Shown here piece after piece: positions 1 to 9,380 of a stretch of DNA of 64,000 nucleotides. The DNA comes from an uncultured candidate division Zixibacteria bacterium. Its GTDB lineage: Bacteria > Zixibacteria > MSB-5A5 > RBG-16-43-9. The notes below the pieces were generated by a model, which was not told where the DNA came from, ran no database searches, and was given only the letters and a program-made list of their open reading frames with translations. Every line of letters starts with the position of its first letter. Position 1 is the first letter of the stretch. The position numbers and the translations under genes are program-made. The stretch is from contig OY970208.1 of the NCBI GenBank assembly GCA_963713865.1, forward strand, positions 2,624,001-2,688,000, read 5' to 3'.

Positions 1-2
1 GC

Positions 3-500
3 TACAAATCTGCTCTTAATGCGGATGTTGAAAATTCAGGCTTTGGTTTAACCTTATATGATAACCTTTATCCCGGTTATTCACCTGAAGGGAAAAACAC
101 CCTCAATATCTTAGTTCTCCAGGGATATGACCACTGGAAAAAATATGAAGCTGACTACTTTAAAGATGAAAAGACTGCCTATCGGAACGAAAAAGAACGA
201 ATGGCAGATATTCTGATCAACCAGGTAGAAAAAACTCTTCTTCCCGGACTCTCAAACGCAATAGAGGTCAAGGAAATCGGCACCCCTTTGACAAACGTTC
301 ACTATACTAGGAATTATCGCGGGGCGATATACGGATGGGACCAGACTCTGGACAATTCTGGAATAAATCGATTACCGCATAATACCCCGATTAAAAATCT
401 TTATCTTGCCGGAGCCTGGACCAGGCCGGGGCATGGCTATGGCGGAGTTATCTGGAGCGGGCTGGAGTGCTTTGGTACGATAATGAGCAACTGGCAATAA
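3..500 (+). CDS. NAD(P)/FAD-dependent oxidoreductase, phytoene desaturase-like (C-terminal part, 5' truncated by window)
   Basis: Frame open from base 3 (YKSALNAD...) into the ORF at 201; C-terminal motifs TPLT..YT.NYRGAIYG and IKNLYLAGAW..PGHGYGG. Confidence 0.8.
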   Translation, partial: YKSALNADVENSGFGLTLYDNLYPGYSPEGKNTLNILVLQGYDHWKKYEADYFKDEKTAYRNEKERMADILINQVEKTLLPGLSNAIEVKEIGTPLTNVHYTRNYRGAIYGWDQTLDNSGINRLPHNTPIKNLYLAGAWTRPGHGYGGVIWSGLECFGTIMSNWQ

Positions 501-522
501 GATAAAAATATCAGGAGGTAAT

Positions 523-999
523 ATGCTGTCAGAAAACAATCCTTTACTTGAATATCTAATGAAATTCTGGAGAGAAAGTCTCAAGCCAACCCTGGATAAG
601 GCTTTAGAACTAACTCCTGAGGATAAGCTCAACTGGGCACCAGCGGAGAAGATGCTAACGCTCGGTAATATATTTCTGCACATATCCGAATGCTCTGACT
701 GGTGGTATGATGAGGTCATGAAAGGGAACAAATCAACTGAGCTTGCTTTTGCAGACAAGCCTTGCCCATCTAAAGAAAAAATCAAAGAATATCTTCAGCT
801 TCACTGGGAAAGGATGGAAAGATTTTTCGCAGACTCCAGAGAAGTGTTAAGCAAAACCTATAAGATAGAGCATGAGGGTAAAACTCACCATCTGGATGGC
901 TACTGGATATTTACCCATCTACTTGAACATGATATTCACCACCGAAGCCAGATCAATCAATATCTAAGGATATTAGGTATCAAACCGCCGAAGATATAA
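523..999 (+). CDS. DinB/YfiT family protein
   Basis: AGGAGG RBS; TLGNIFLHI and HLLEHDIHHRSQI motifs. Confidence 0.85.
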   Translation: MLSENNPLLEYLMKFWRESLKPTLDKALELTPEDKLNWAPAEKMLTLGNIFLHISECSDWWYDEVMKGNKSTELAFADKPCPSKEKIKEYLQLHWERMERFFADSREVLSKTYKIEHEGKTHHLDGYWIFTHLLEHDIHHRSQINQYLRILGIKPPKI

Positions 1000-1229
1000 A
1001 GGTAAGATTCACCCTTAAACAAGTTTGAGGATGCCACCCTGCAAATTTAAGAAGTAGGGCAAGGCTTTAGCTTTGCGAGAAAATAAAACATCCGGGATAA
1101 ACTCCGAGAAACGGAGACTACGTCTGGCGCCCTACGGGCGGGCTGGCTCGTAGCCACCGTAGGACCGGACGCTACGAAATTTATTCCTCTTCTGGACAGG
1201 CTGGAATCCTGTCCCACCAAATTATCTTA

Positions 1230-2348
1230 TTATAATTCCCTTGCTATTTCCTCCGCAACTTCCAATGTGGAATTCTTCCCACCCATATCGTAGGTTTTAA
1301 CTTTACTTTCTTTCACCACCATAGCCACTGCATTTTCCAATCTCTCCGCTTTTTCCTTTTCACCTAACCAGTCCAGCATTAATTTAGCCGCTAAAATAGT
1401 TGCTATTGGATTGACTTTATATTGCCCTGTATATTTTGGCGCTGAGCCGTGAGTCGGCTCGAAAACGGCATAATCATCCCCGATATTTCCGCTGGAGGCA
1501 AATCCCAGTCCGCCGACTAACTGGGCACACAAGTCTGAGATTATATCCCCGAACATATTCGAGGTTACCAGTACATCATAATCAAAAGGATTTTTCAAAA
1601 GCCACATACAGATGGCATCGATATTAGCTTCATAGAGTTTGATCTCCGGATATTCTTTGGCTATTTTCCTTGCCTCACGGATAAAAAGCCCGGAGGTCTC
1701 ACGGATGACATTCGGCTTTTCCACAACTGTTACCGATTTCCTCTTATTTTTCTTGGCATACTCAAAAGCATCCCGGATGATATTCTGGGAAGCTTTTCGG
1801 GTGATGATTCTCAGGCTTATTGCAATATCCTCTAAGGAAGTATTCGAGAACCTTTTCATCTTAATATGATTCTTGACCAGAACATCCATCACTTCCTTTG
1901 GCAGCGGATGAAACTCCACCCCGGCATATAAATCCTCTGTATTCTCTCTGAAGACTACTAAATCTATCCCCTCTTTATAATTCAATGGATTACCCGGATA
2001 GGCTTTACAAGGCCTCAAGTTTGTTCTCAGATCAAACTCCTGGCGCAACCTCACAATCGGACTTGAATATACTAATCCTTTACCTCTTAGGGTCGGGACT
2101 AATTCAGCCTCTGCTTCTTCCTTTGGCTTCGAAGTTATCGCCCCAAAAAGGCAGCAATCAGTATTTTTCAGAAGTTTGATTGTCCTGTCAGGGAGAGGAT
2201 TCCCTTCTTTACACCAGAATTCCCAGCCGATATCTCCTTTTGTATATTCTGCATCCAATCCAATTTTTCCCAGGACAATTTTCGCTGCCTCCATTACATC
2301 TTTACCCACACCATCACCAGGCAACCAGGCAATCTTATATTTGGGCAT
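1230..2348 (-). CDS. Isocitrate/isopropylmalate dehydrogenase family protein
   Basis: LPGDGVG, FRENTEDLY, NMFGDIISD, FEPTHGSAP motifs; substrate cannot be assigned. Confidence 0.92.
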   Translation of the reverse strand: MPKYKIAWLPGDGVGKDVMEAAKIVLGKIGLDAEYTKGDIGWEFWCKEGNPLPDRTIKLLKNTDCCLFGAITSKPKEEAEAELVPTLRGKGLVYSSPIVRLRQEFDLRTNLRPCKAYPGNPLNYKEGIDLVVFRENTEDLYAGVEFHPLPKEVMDVLVKNHIKMKRFSNTSLEDIAISLRIITRKASQNIIRDAFEYAKKNKRKSVTVVEKPNVIRETSGLFIREARKIAKEYPEIKLYEANIDAICMWLLKNPFDYDVLVTSNMFGDIISDLCAQLVGGLGFASSGNIGDDYAVFEPTHGSAPKYTGQYKVNPIATILAAKLMLDWLGEKEKAERLENAVAMVVKESKVKTYDMGGKNSTLEVAEEIAREL

Positions 2349-2483
2349 TAATTAACCTCCTCAGTATTCAGACAATATTGTCGGAACTATAATTTTTGTT
2401 AATCTCCCGCACGGGAGCAAGAACGCTACCTCAATTAATATGAACTTATGTCCTGTATCTATCTGAACATCTCTTTACGACTT

Positions 2484-3398
2484 TTATATTTTTAGATTAA
2501 TGGAAATCCGGTGAGCATTACCTAAATCCGAACTAAAGGGAACAAAGGCATAATCTATCTGATATTTCTTGATCTTCAAACCCAATCCCAGGGAAAGATT
2601 TCTATCATCATAACCGATCTGATAACCACTTCGTAAAGCAAACTTCTGTTTATAAATATACTCCCCACCTAAATTAACCTTGAGATCAGTATCTCTCGGT
2701 TTAACCAGATCCAGGCTTAGAATATACTCTCCCTTAAGATAGTTTTCATTACCTGCATATGCCATTCCCAATTTATACCGGGTTGGCAGATTGAATTTTT
2801 CCTGCTCGAATTTCATCTTCGGACCAAAATTCTGGATTGCTCCTCCTATTTGTAGATAGGGTTTTAAAAAATATATTCCGCCTAAGTCGAACCCCGATCC
2901 GGTAGCTGAATAAAAATCAATTTTTTCGTACAGAAATTTTGCTGAGAGGCCAAGATCGAACTTCTCATTAAATTTTCTACTCCAGGAAAAGGAAAGAGCT
3001 AAGTTATGCTGATCAAAATAGCTTAAAGGATTTTCCGTGGGTCCCTCTCTTCTTTCCAGATCTTTCACCTGACTAAGGGTCAAACTCATCCCGAAAACGT
3101 TTTTCTTGTAACCAAAACAAACTGCCGCATATTCTAAACTTATATCCTGAATCCATTCATTATGCATAAAAGCAAACTCCACTCCTTTATGCTGGGCAAT
3201 CCCGGCTGGATTCCAGTAAAGAGAAAATATGTCTCCGGAAATGGCAGTATAAGCTTCACCCATCCCAGAAGCTCTGGCTCCAACTCCTAATTTAAGAAAA
3301 GCTAAACCTGATGTACCTGCCTTGTCCGGGATATCCGAGCCGAAGACCTGCAAGTTAACTAAAACAATCATACAGACTATCAAGCCTAACTTTTTCAT
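2484..3398 (-). CDS. PorV/PorQ-family outer-membrane beta-barrel
   Basis: Signal peptide; FLKLGVGARASGMGEA and YWNPAG motifs; C-terminal DYAF...HRIS. Confidence 0.85.
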   Translation of the reverse strand: MKKLGLIVCMIVLVNLQVFGSDIPDKAGTSGLAFLKLGVGARASGMGEAYTAISGDIFSLYWNPAGIAQHKGVEFAFMHNEWIQDISLEYAAVCFGYKKNVFGMSLTLSQVKDLERREGPTENPLSYFDQHNLALSFSWSRKFNEKFDLGLSAKFLYEKIDFYSATGSGFDLGGIYFLKPYLQIGGAIQNFGPKMKFEQEKFNLPTRYKLGMAYAGNENYLKGEYILSLDLVKPRDTDLKVNLGGEYIYKQKFALRSGYQIGYDDRNLSLGLGLKIKKYQIDYAFVPFSSDLGNAHRISINLKI

Positions 3399-3516
3399 CT
3401 AACACCTCATTTATACTCTGCTGTAGCGTTATCGCTCCAGTTCTACAGATTTGTTTCTATGACGGCAACGAAAAGACGTCTTCACAGGAGTGAAGACGCT
3501 ACATTTATCTCCAGGC

Positions 3517-4455
3517 TTAGAATCCAAAACTCATCGAGACAAGATGGTCCGGATTTGTCTCCACCTGGCTGGAGATAAAAGCATAATCGAATCCTAAAGT
3601 TATGGATTTAACTTTATGTTTGATTCCCAAGCCAAAGGTAAGAGAACCATCGTTATATCCTAATCTCCCGGCAAAATATTCCAGCCAGCGGTATTCAGCC
3701 CCTAAATGAAATCTAACATCCTGTTTATTGTTTTTATCTGCTTGCAGTGACAAAAGGAGCTTATCCTTTAATAAAAGATACGAGCCACCTAATTTGAAAT
3801 TTACGGGAAATTCATCTTCTGTATCTGTGCCTGTTTGGTCGAACTCCTGCCAGTATTTGCTTGAGACCCAGGAATATTTCATCCCTAAATTATCTACTGC
3901 CAGCCCAACTCTTAACTTGTCTGTTGGATAAATCAGCACACCCAAATCTATTCCCATAGTATAGGCGTTTAAACTGGCAAGGTTATATTGTGAATATCTT
4001 ATATTCACCCCTAAAGAAAACTCTTTGATCAACTTTTTAGCAAAATTAACGGTGATAGCGTTTTCATAATTAGTCAATTCACCGGACACCTTTCCCCGGT
4101 CATCTCTGGTCTCTACATCCTTAACTCCTGAATTTATCCAGTAAGCTCCGATGGCTGCTTCTCCTTTAACCTGTTGTTGATAACTTACATAGCTAAGTTT
4201 TCGATCTAAGCTCATAAATCTGTAACTTGCGCTAAAGGTAGGTCTTTCGATCTGAATTAAACCAGCCGGGTTATAGGATGAAGCAAAACCATCATCTGCT
4301 ACCCCGATAAAAGCTCCACCCATCCCTAAAGCTCTGGCACTTAAACCCATCCTTAAGAAAGCACCAGCATATCCACCCTCACCAGTTCCTGCATAGGTTA
4401 AAGAGATACTGAATAAAACCAATAGACTCAGGGCAACAAAAATCTTCTTTATCAT
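3517..4455 (-). CDS. PorV/PorQ-family outer-membrane beta-barrel
   Basis: Signal peptide; FLRMGLSARALGMGGA, YNPAG; ends in Phe. Confidence 0.85.
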   Translation of the reverse strand: MIKKIFVALSLLVLFSISLTYAGTGEGGYAGAFLRMGLSARALGMGGAFIGVADDGFASSYNPAGLIQIERPTFSASYRFMSLDRKLSYVSYQQQVKGEAAIGAYWINSGVKDVETRDDRGKVSGELTNYENAITVNFAKKLIKEFSLGVNIRYSQYNLASLNAYTMGIDLGVLIYPTDKLRVGLAVDNLGMKYSWVSSKYWQEFDQTGTDTEDEFPVNFKLGGSYLLLKDKLLLSLQADKNNKQDVRFHLGAEYRWLEYFAGRLGYNDGSLTFGLGIKHKVKSITLGFDYAFISSQVETNPDHLVSMSFGF

Positions 4456-4465
4456 TATTTTCTCC

Positions 4466-5947
4466 TTATTTTAAAACCCCGATTTTACCCCATTCTTCCT
4501 GACTACCGGGTCCTTCTATTTTAAAGAAATATATTCCATTGGCAACCACCTCTCCCTTATCATTTCTTCCATCCCAGACCTGGTCGTATTCCACCCCTCC
4601 GGTGCGATAGGTATTTTCCAGGATGGTTTTAACCAATTTCATCTCAAAGTCATAAATGTTTATAGTAATATCCCCATCCGATTTGGGTTTGTAGTGGATT
4701 CTGGTAGCTTCATTGGCTATCAGAGGTGAAAAAGGACTGGGATAGGCATAAGAGTCTTTCGCCTCAGGAGAACCTATGGGAACAAAGGACCGGAATACTT
4801 TCCAGGTATTACCATAATCAGTGCTTTTCACCACCCCGTCGAAATTACCAGCCCAGATTATGGAATCATCTACTATTCTTACGGCATAAAACTCAGTACT
4901 TAATATCTGTTGATCCGGTTGGTCTTTATCCTGCATATAGTTTTTGACTTCCCAGTTTTGTCCAAGATCGGTTGATTTTTTAAGCCCTGAACTTGTAGCG
5001 GCCCAGATAACTGAATCCGGTCCTCCTGATCCGTTACCGGAAAAATCGAAATTCCAGATCTTATCCCCCTCTAAGGTCTGTGACCAGTTAGCACCTTCAT
5101 CTGTAGTATAACTTGCAGCATAGGTACCATAGTAGGTAGGCTGGGTCCCTGCCCAGATAATCTTTTTGCTCCCATAATTCTGAACTGCTAATGAAACTAC
5201 GAAGTTTCCTGAAATGGGTGAAAGAGTATCGCTTTGTACATAGCCGATAACCGTATCTGCAGTATCCGCTGTCGTATAGACGAACTTGAATATCCCCGCC
5301 GCAGTCCCTGCCCAGATAAAAGTTGTATCATTAGAAGTATCAGCTACTACTGAGAAAAGCCTGTTCCGGTAATCCTCATAATAGCCACTATCATAATCTA
5401 CTTTAGCAGTTGAATCCACAAACACATTCTCCCAGTTTAAACCTTTGTCCCTGGAACGGATCAACCCACCATAAAAACAAGCCGCCCAAACTGTGGTATC
5501 AGAAAACGTTATGTCATAAGCTAATTTCCCCACCTTGCTTGCCTGCTCAGGTTCGGGGAAAAGCTTATCCCAGGTTTGTCCTAAATTAGTTGTTTTATTA
5601 AATCCAGCTCCATATGGAATTGGAACTCCATCTATTATCTGATTATAAGAAATAGCAACCCATAAAGTTGAATCTTTATAACCTATAGCCGAAACCCCAT
5701 CCTGGTTTAAGCCATTAGTGTGGTCAAAAGATACCCAGGTTGAACCACCATCTGAACTTACGCTTATTCCATTCCCGGTCCCCACCCAGATATTAACCCC
5801 ATCGTAGATAATCTCCACCACGCTGTTACCCGCTAATCCAGAAAACGGTTCCTCTAAAGAATAATTGATATACGCCCAGGCGGGACTTGATAGCATTACC
5901 GATAAATATAAAGAGAAAAGCAGGATGATTTTATTTTTAAAACGCAT
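4466..5947 (-). CDS. Secreted BNR/Asp-box beta-propeller protein with FlgD-Ig-like C-terminal domain
   Basis: Repeated SxDxGxTW boxes; C-terminal YPSPF...IYD...WDGRN..G..VANGIYF. Confidence 0.75.
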   Translation of the reverse strand: MRFKNKIILLFSLYLSVMLSSPAWAYINYSLEEPFSGLAGNSVVEIIYDGVNIWVGTGNGISVSSDGGSTWVSFDHTNGLNQDGVSAIGYKDSTLWVAISYNQIIDGVPIPYGAGFNKTTNLGQTWDKLFPEPEQASKVGKLAYDITFSDTTVWAACFYGGLIRSRDKGLNWENVFVDSTAKVDYDSGYYEDYRNRLFSVVADTSNDTTFIWAGTAAGIFKFVYTTADTADTVIGYVQSDTLSPISGNFVVSLAVQNYGSKKIIWAGTQPTYYGTYAASYTTDEGANWSQTLEGDKIWNFDFSGNGSGGPDSVIWAATSSGLKKSTDLGQNWEVKNYMQDKDQPDQQILSTEFYAVRIVDDSIIWAGNFDGVVKSTDYGNTWKVFRSFVPIGSPEAKDSYAYPSPFSPLIANEATRIHYKPKSDGDITINIYDFEMKLVKTILENTYRTGGVEYDQVWDGRNDKGEVVANGIYFFKIEGPGSQEEWGKIGVLK

Positions 5948-6206
5948 TCAACCCTCCATTATTAAGGTAAAAGAAGTTCATAAAAAAAGCCGACTGGTCA
6001 TCTCGGCTAAAAAAGTAGTCGCCCATAAATAAACTATCCTTTCCTCTGCGATTAAAACCTTTTAAATCCAAAACCTTTAAGAAGCTTTATAGGCGACCTC
6101 CGTCAGGCTTAATAAAGTATAAAATATTATTTTGTCAAGACTTAAATATCAGAACTTTTGAAAAGTTAAATCCGCCTGAGATATAAAAAACTGAATTACA
6201 TCCAGG

Positions 6207-6626
6207 TTACATGGTTTTTTCTTTAATACATTCCTCGCAGACTGCAATCCTATTTTGAGCTCTTTTAAAGGCGGCTAAAGCCCTGGGGATATCGATTTCT
6301 TTTTCCTTTGATTTGAGCCTTTGTTTTGCTCTTTCTAAAGCCTTTTCCGCTCTTTCCAGGTCTATATCTTTAGCAAATTCCACTGCATCTGCCAAGATCA
6401 CCACTTTATTTTTTAAGACCTCTAAAAACCCTCCACTTACTGCCAGGATAACCTCTGAATCTTTTGAGTCTTTCTTCATAGTCAACTTTCCAGAGACCAA
6501 GGAAGTGATCAAGGGAGCATGGTCCGTTAAAACCCCCAAATATCCTTCCACTCCCGGTGCAATCAGGGAGGATACTTCTTCCTCATAGAAGATTTTTTCT
6601 GATGTTACGATAGTTAGTAGAAACAT
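6207..6626 (-). CDS. atpC: F0F1 ATP synthase epsilon subunit
   Basis: [37 protein letters not shown] motifs. Confidence 0.95.
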   Translation of the reverse strand: MFLLTIVTSEKIFYEEEVSSLIAPGVEGYLGVLTDHAPLITSLVSGKLTMKKDSKDSEVILAVSGGFLEVLKNKVVILADAVEFAKDIDLERAEKALERAKQRLKSKEKEIDIPRALAAFKRAQNRIAVCEECIKEKTM

Positions 6627-6689
6627 TTTGTTTCGTTATTCGCTATTAGCTGTTTGCTGTTCGATTCTTTAAAAAGCATTTAATTTACG

Positions 6690-6717
6690 ATTATATATAA
6701 AAACATCTTTTTGTCAA
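6690..6717 (-). promoter_or_regulatory. Sigma70-type promoter for atpC
   Basis: Minus strand TTGACA-N16-TATAAT. Confidence 0.65.
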
Positions 6718-6878
6718 CTTATTTCTGAGACAAACCAGGGTTCGACAAATTTGACCCCCCACCTCTAAAAAACGAAGAGGCGTCCTGTAATCCATGCCTA
6801 TACTCTTAAAAGACAATGCAAGGCTGAAGTCCCAAGACCTTGATGGCTTTGCCCTGCATTCTAATTCATCCTTAGCTT

Positions 6879-8909
6879 TTATTTTTTTTTAAACCTTGAA
6901 CTTTTGAACCTTTGATCCTTTGAACCTTTTTCATGTCCCTCTTTTAACTTCTTCAACTCATCTCGATAAAAAGCCGCTTTTTCGAACTCTAAGTTTTTAG
7001 AAGCTTTTTTCATTGCCCTCTCTAAATGCTCGATTTTATCTTCTAAGGTTAAAAGGTCCAAATAATTCATCCTCTCTTCTTTGACCATAGATTCTGTCCT
7101 GGAATCAGCAAAGGTGGTGGTTTTCAAAATTTCCTCTCTGGTTTTGTAAATGGTCTGGGGTGTAATCCCGTGAGATTTATTATACTCTTCTTGAATCATT
7201 CTTCTCCGATTCGTCTCTTCAATCGCCTTTCTCATAGAGTCTGTAACCCCATCCGCATACATAATCACCTCACCCGCTTTATTCCTGGCTGCTCTGCCTG
7301 CGATCTGAATGAGTGAAGTTTCCGAACGAAGAAAACCTTCTTTATCCGCATCTAAGATAGCTACCAATGAAACCTCTGGCAGGTCCAGGCCCTCCCTTAA
7401 TAGATTAATCCCCACCAGGACATCGAACTCTGCTAACCTTAAATCCCTTAAAATATCCACCCTCTCAATCGCATCTATTTCCGAATGAAGGTACCTAACT
7501 TTTATGCCCATCTGGGCAAGATAATCTGCTAAATCTTCTGCCATTCTCTTGGTTAAAGTGGTGACTAAAACCCTTTCCTTTTTCTCTGACCTTAATTTTA
7601 TCTCCTCTAAAAGATCATCCACCTGATTTTTTAAAGGTTTAACTATAATTAGAGGGTCGATCAATCCAGTAGGCCGGATGATCTGTTCAACCACTACCCC
7701 TTTGCTTCTTTCCAGCTCAAAGTTGGCAGGAGTGGCTGAGACAAAGACAACCTGATTAATCATAGATTCGAACTCCTTGAAAAAAAGAGGGCGATTATCT
7801 AAAGCTGAAGGGAGCCTGAACCCATATTCAACTAAGACCTCTTTCCTGGACCTGTCCCCGGCATACATCCCTCTTATCTGGGGGATGGTTTGATGAGATT
7901 CATCTATGATTATCAAAAAATCCTTTGGAAAAAAATCTAAAAGACAATAAGGCTTTTCTCCCGGTTTCCTGCCGGAAAGATGACGTGAATAGTTTTCGAT
8001 TCCAGGACAATACCCGATCTCCCTCATCATCTCTAAATCGAATTTCGTGCGTGATTCCAGTCTCTGTGCCTCAAGGAGCTTTCCCTGGTCCCTAAACCAG
8101 TTCAGCCTTTCCTCTAATTCTATTTCGATATTTTTAATCGCCTGTTCTAATTGAGGCGGTGTGGTAACAAAATGTTTAGCCGGATAAATCGCAACCCTCT
8201 TTTTCTCCTCCAGGACATCACCTTTTAAGGTATCGATAACCGAAATCCTCTCGAGTTTATCGCCGAACAGCTCTAATCTGATTGCGGTCTCCTCATAAGC
8301 TGGATGAACCTCAATCGTATCCCCTCTTACCCGGAAAGTTCCCCGGGCAAATTCGATATCGTTTCTGGAATAATGGATATCGATCAGAGATTTTAAAATC
8401 TGGTCCCTTTCGAACTCTTCTCCTACCTCTAAGAACAAGAGTAGCTCCTTGTAATCCTTAGGAGAGCCTAACCCATATATGCAGGAGACGCTGGCAACGA
8501 TAACCACATCTTCTCTTTCTAATAAAGATGAGGTAGCGCGCAGGCGCAGTCTGTCGATATCATCATTCATCGAGGTATCTTTCTCAATATAGGTATCAGT
8601 CTGCGGGACATAAGCCTCTGGCTGGTAATAGTCATAATAGCTTATGAAAAACTCCACCGCATTATGCGGGAAAAAACCTTTAAGTTCACCATAAAGCTGA
8701 GCCGCTAAGGTTTTATTATGGGAAATTACTATACTTGGCTTACCCACATTGGCGATGAGATTAGCAACCGTAAAAGTCTTGCCTGAGCCGGTTACACCCA
8801 AAAGGGTCTGATATTTTTCACATCTCCGGACACCTTCAGTTAATTTTTCAATCGCTTGAGGCTGATCACCAGTGGGTTTGTAATTTGAAACCAGTCTAAA
8901 CTCAGCCAT
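6879..8909 (-). CDS. uvrB: Excinuclease ABC subunit B
   Basis: [32 protein letters not shown]-terminal UVR motif. Confidence 0.99.
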   Translation of the reverse strand: MAEFRLVSNYKPTGDQPQAIEKLTEGVRRCEKYQTLLGVTGSGKTFTVANLIANVGKPSIVISHNKTLAAQLYGELKGFFPHNAVEFFISYYDYYQPEAYVPQTDTYIEKDTSMNDDIDRLRLRATSSLLEREDVVIVASVSCIYGLGSPKDYKELLLFLEVGEEFERDQILKSLIDIHYSRNDIEFARGTFRVRGDTIEVHPAYEETAIRLELFGDKLERISVIDTLKGDVLEEKKRVAIYPAKHFVTTPPQLEQAIKNIEIELEERLNWFRDQGKLLEAQRLESRTKFDLEMMREIGYCPGIENYSRHLSGRKPGEKPYCLLDFFPKDFLIIIDESHQTIPQIRGMYAGDRSRKEVLVEYGFRLPSALDNRPLFFKEFESMINQVVFVSATPANFELERSKGVVVEQIIRPTGLIDPLIIVKPLKNQVDDLLEEIKLRSEKKERVLVTTLTKRMAEDLADYLAQMGIKVRYLHSEIDAIERVDILRDLRLAEFDVLVGINLLREGLDLPEVSLVAILDADKEGFLRSETSLIQIAGRAARNKAGEVIMYADGVTDSMRKAIEETNRRRMIQEEYNKSHGITPQTIYKTREEILKTTTFADSRTESMVKEERMNYLDLLTLEDKIEHLERAMKKASKNLEFEKAAFYRDELKKLKEGHEKGSKDQRFKSSRFKKK

Positions 8910-9308
8910 ATCATTCCTTTTAAATCCTAACTTATATACGGAAAAAACAGTGTCAAGTCAGAAATTATAAAACCAAGCTAAGTTCGTTTCTCGATACTAT
9001 CATTGCGAGTCTCGCCAGAGGCGGACGAAGCAATCCGTTGATTTTTTTGTATATTATTCCAAACATAAACCAACACTTCAATCTGTAGCTGCTTGATTTA
9101 TCAAGCCTTATTGTTCTGATTATTTCGTAGAGACGCATAGCATGCGTCTCCATACCTCTTAGACAATGCTGCCATAGTCAAACCCTATCCTACCCTCCCC
9201 TATAGGGGAGGGAATATGTCCCCTCTCCTCTACGAGCCGCAAAGCTTTTAACGGCCTACGGGAGAGGGTCAGGGTGAGTTCACGCCCCTACAAAAAAAGG
9301 GGATAAAA

Positions 9309-9343
9309 AAATCCCCCGCCCCGATTTTAATCAGGGCGGGGGA
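9309..9343 (-). terminator. Rho-independent terminator after dockerin peptidase gene
   Basis: tcccccgccc...gggcggggga stem followed on the minus strand by a T-run. Confidence 0.6.
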
Positions 9344-9380
9344 CAATCTCCTTCTCAATCACAAGATTCATCCTGAGGGT

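Noticed and set aside
1230-2348. Naming this gene leuB or icd
   Set aside because: Family is clear, but substrate specificity is not determinable by eye and there is no operon context.
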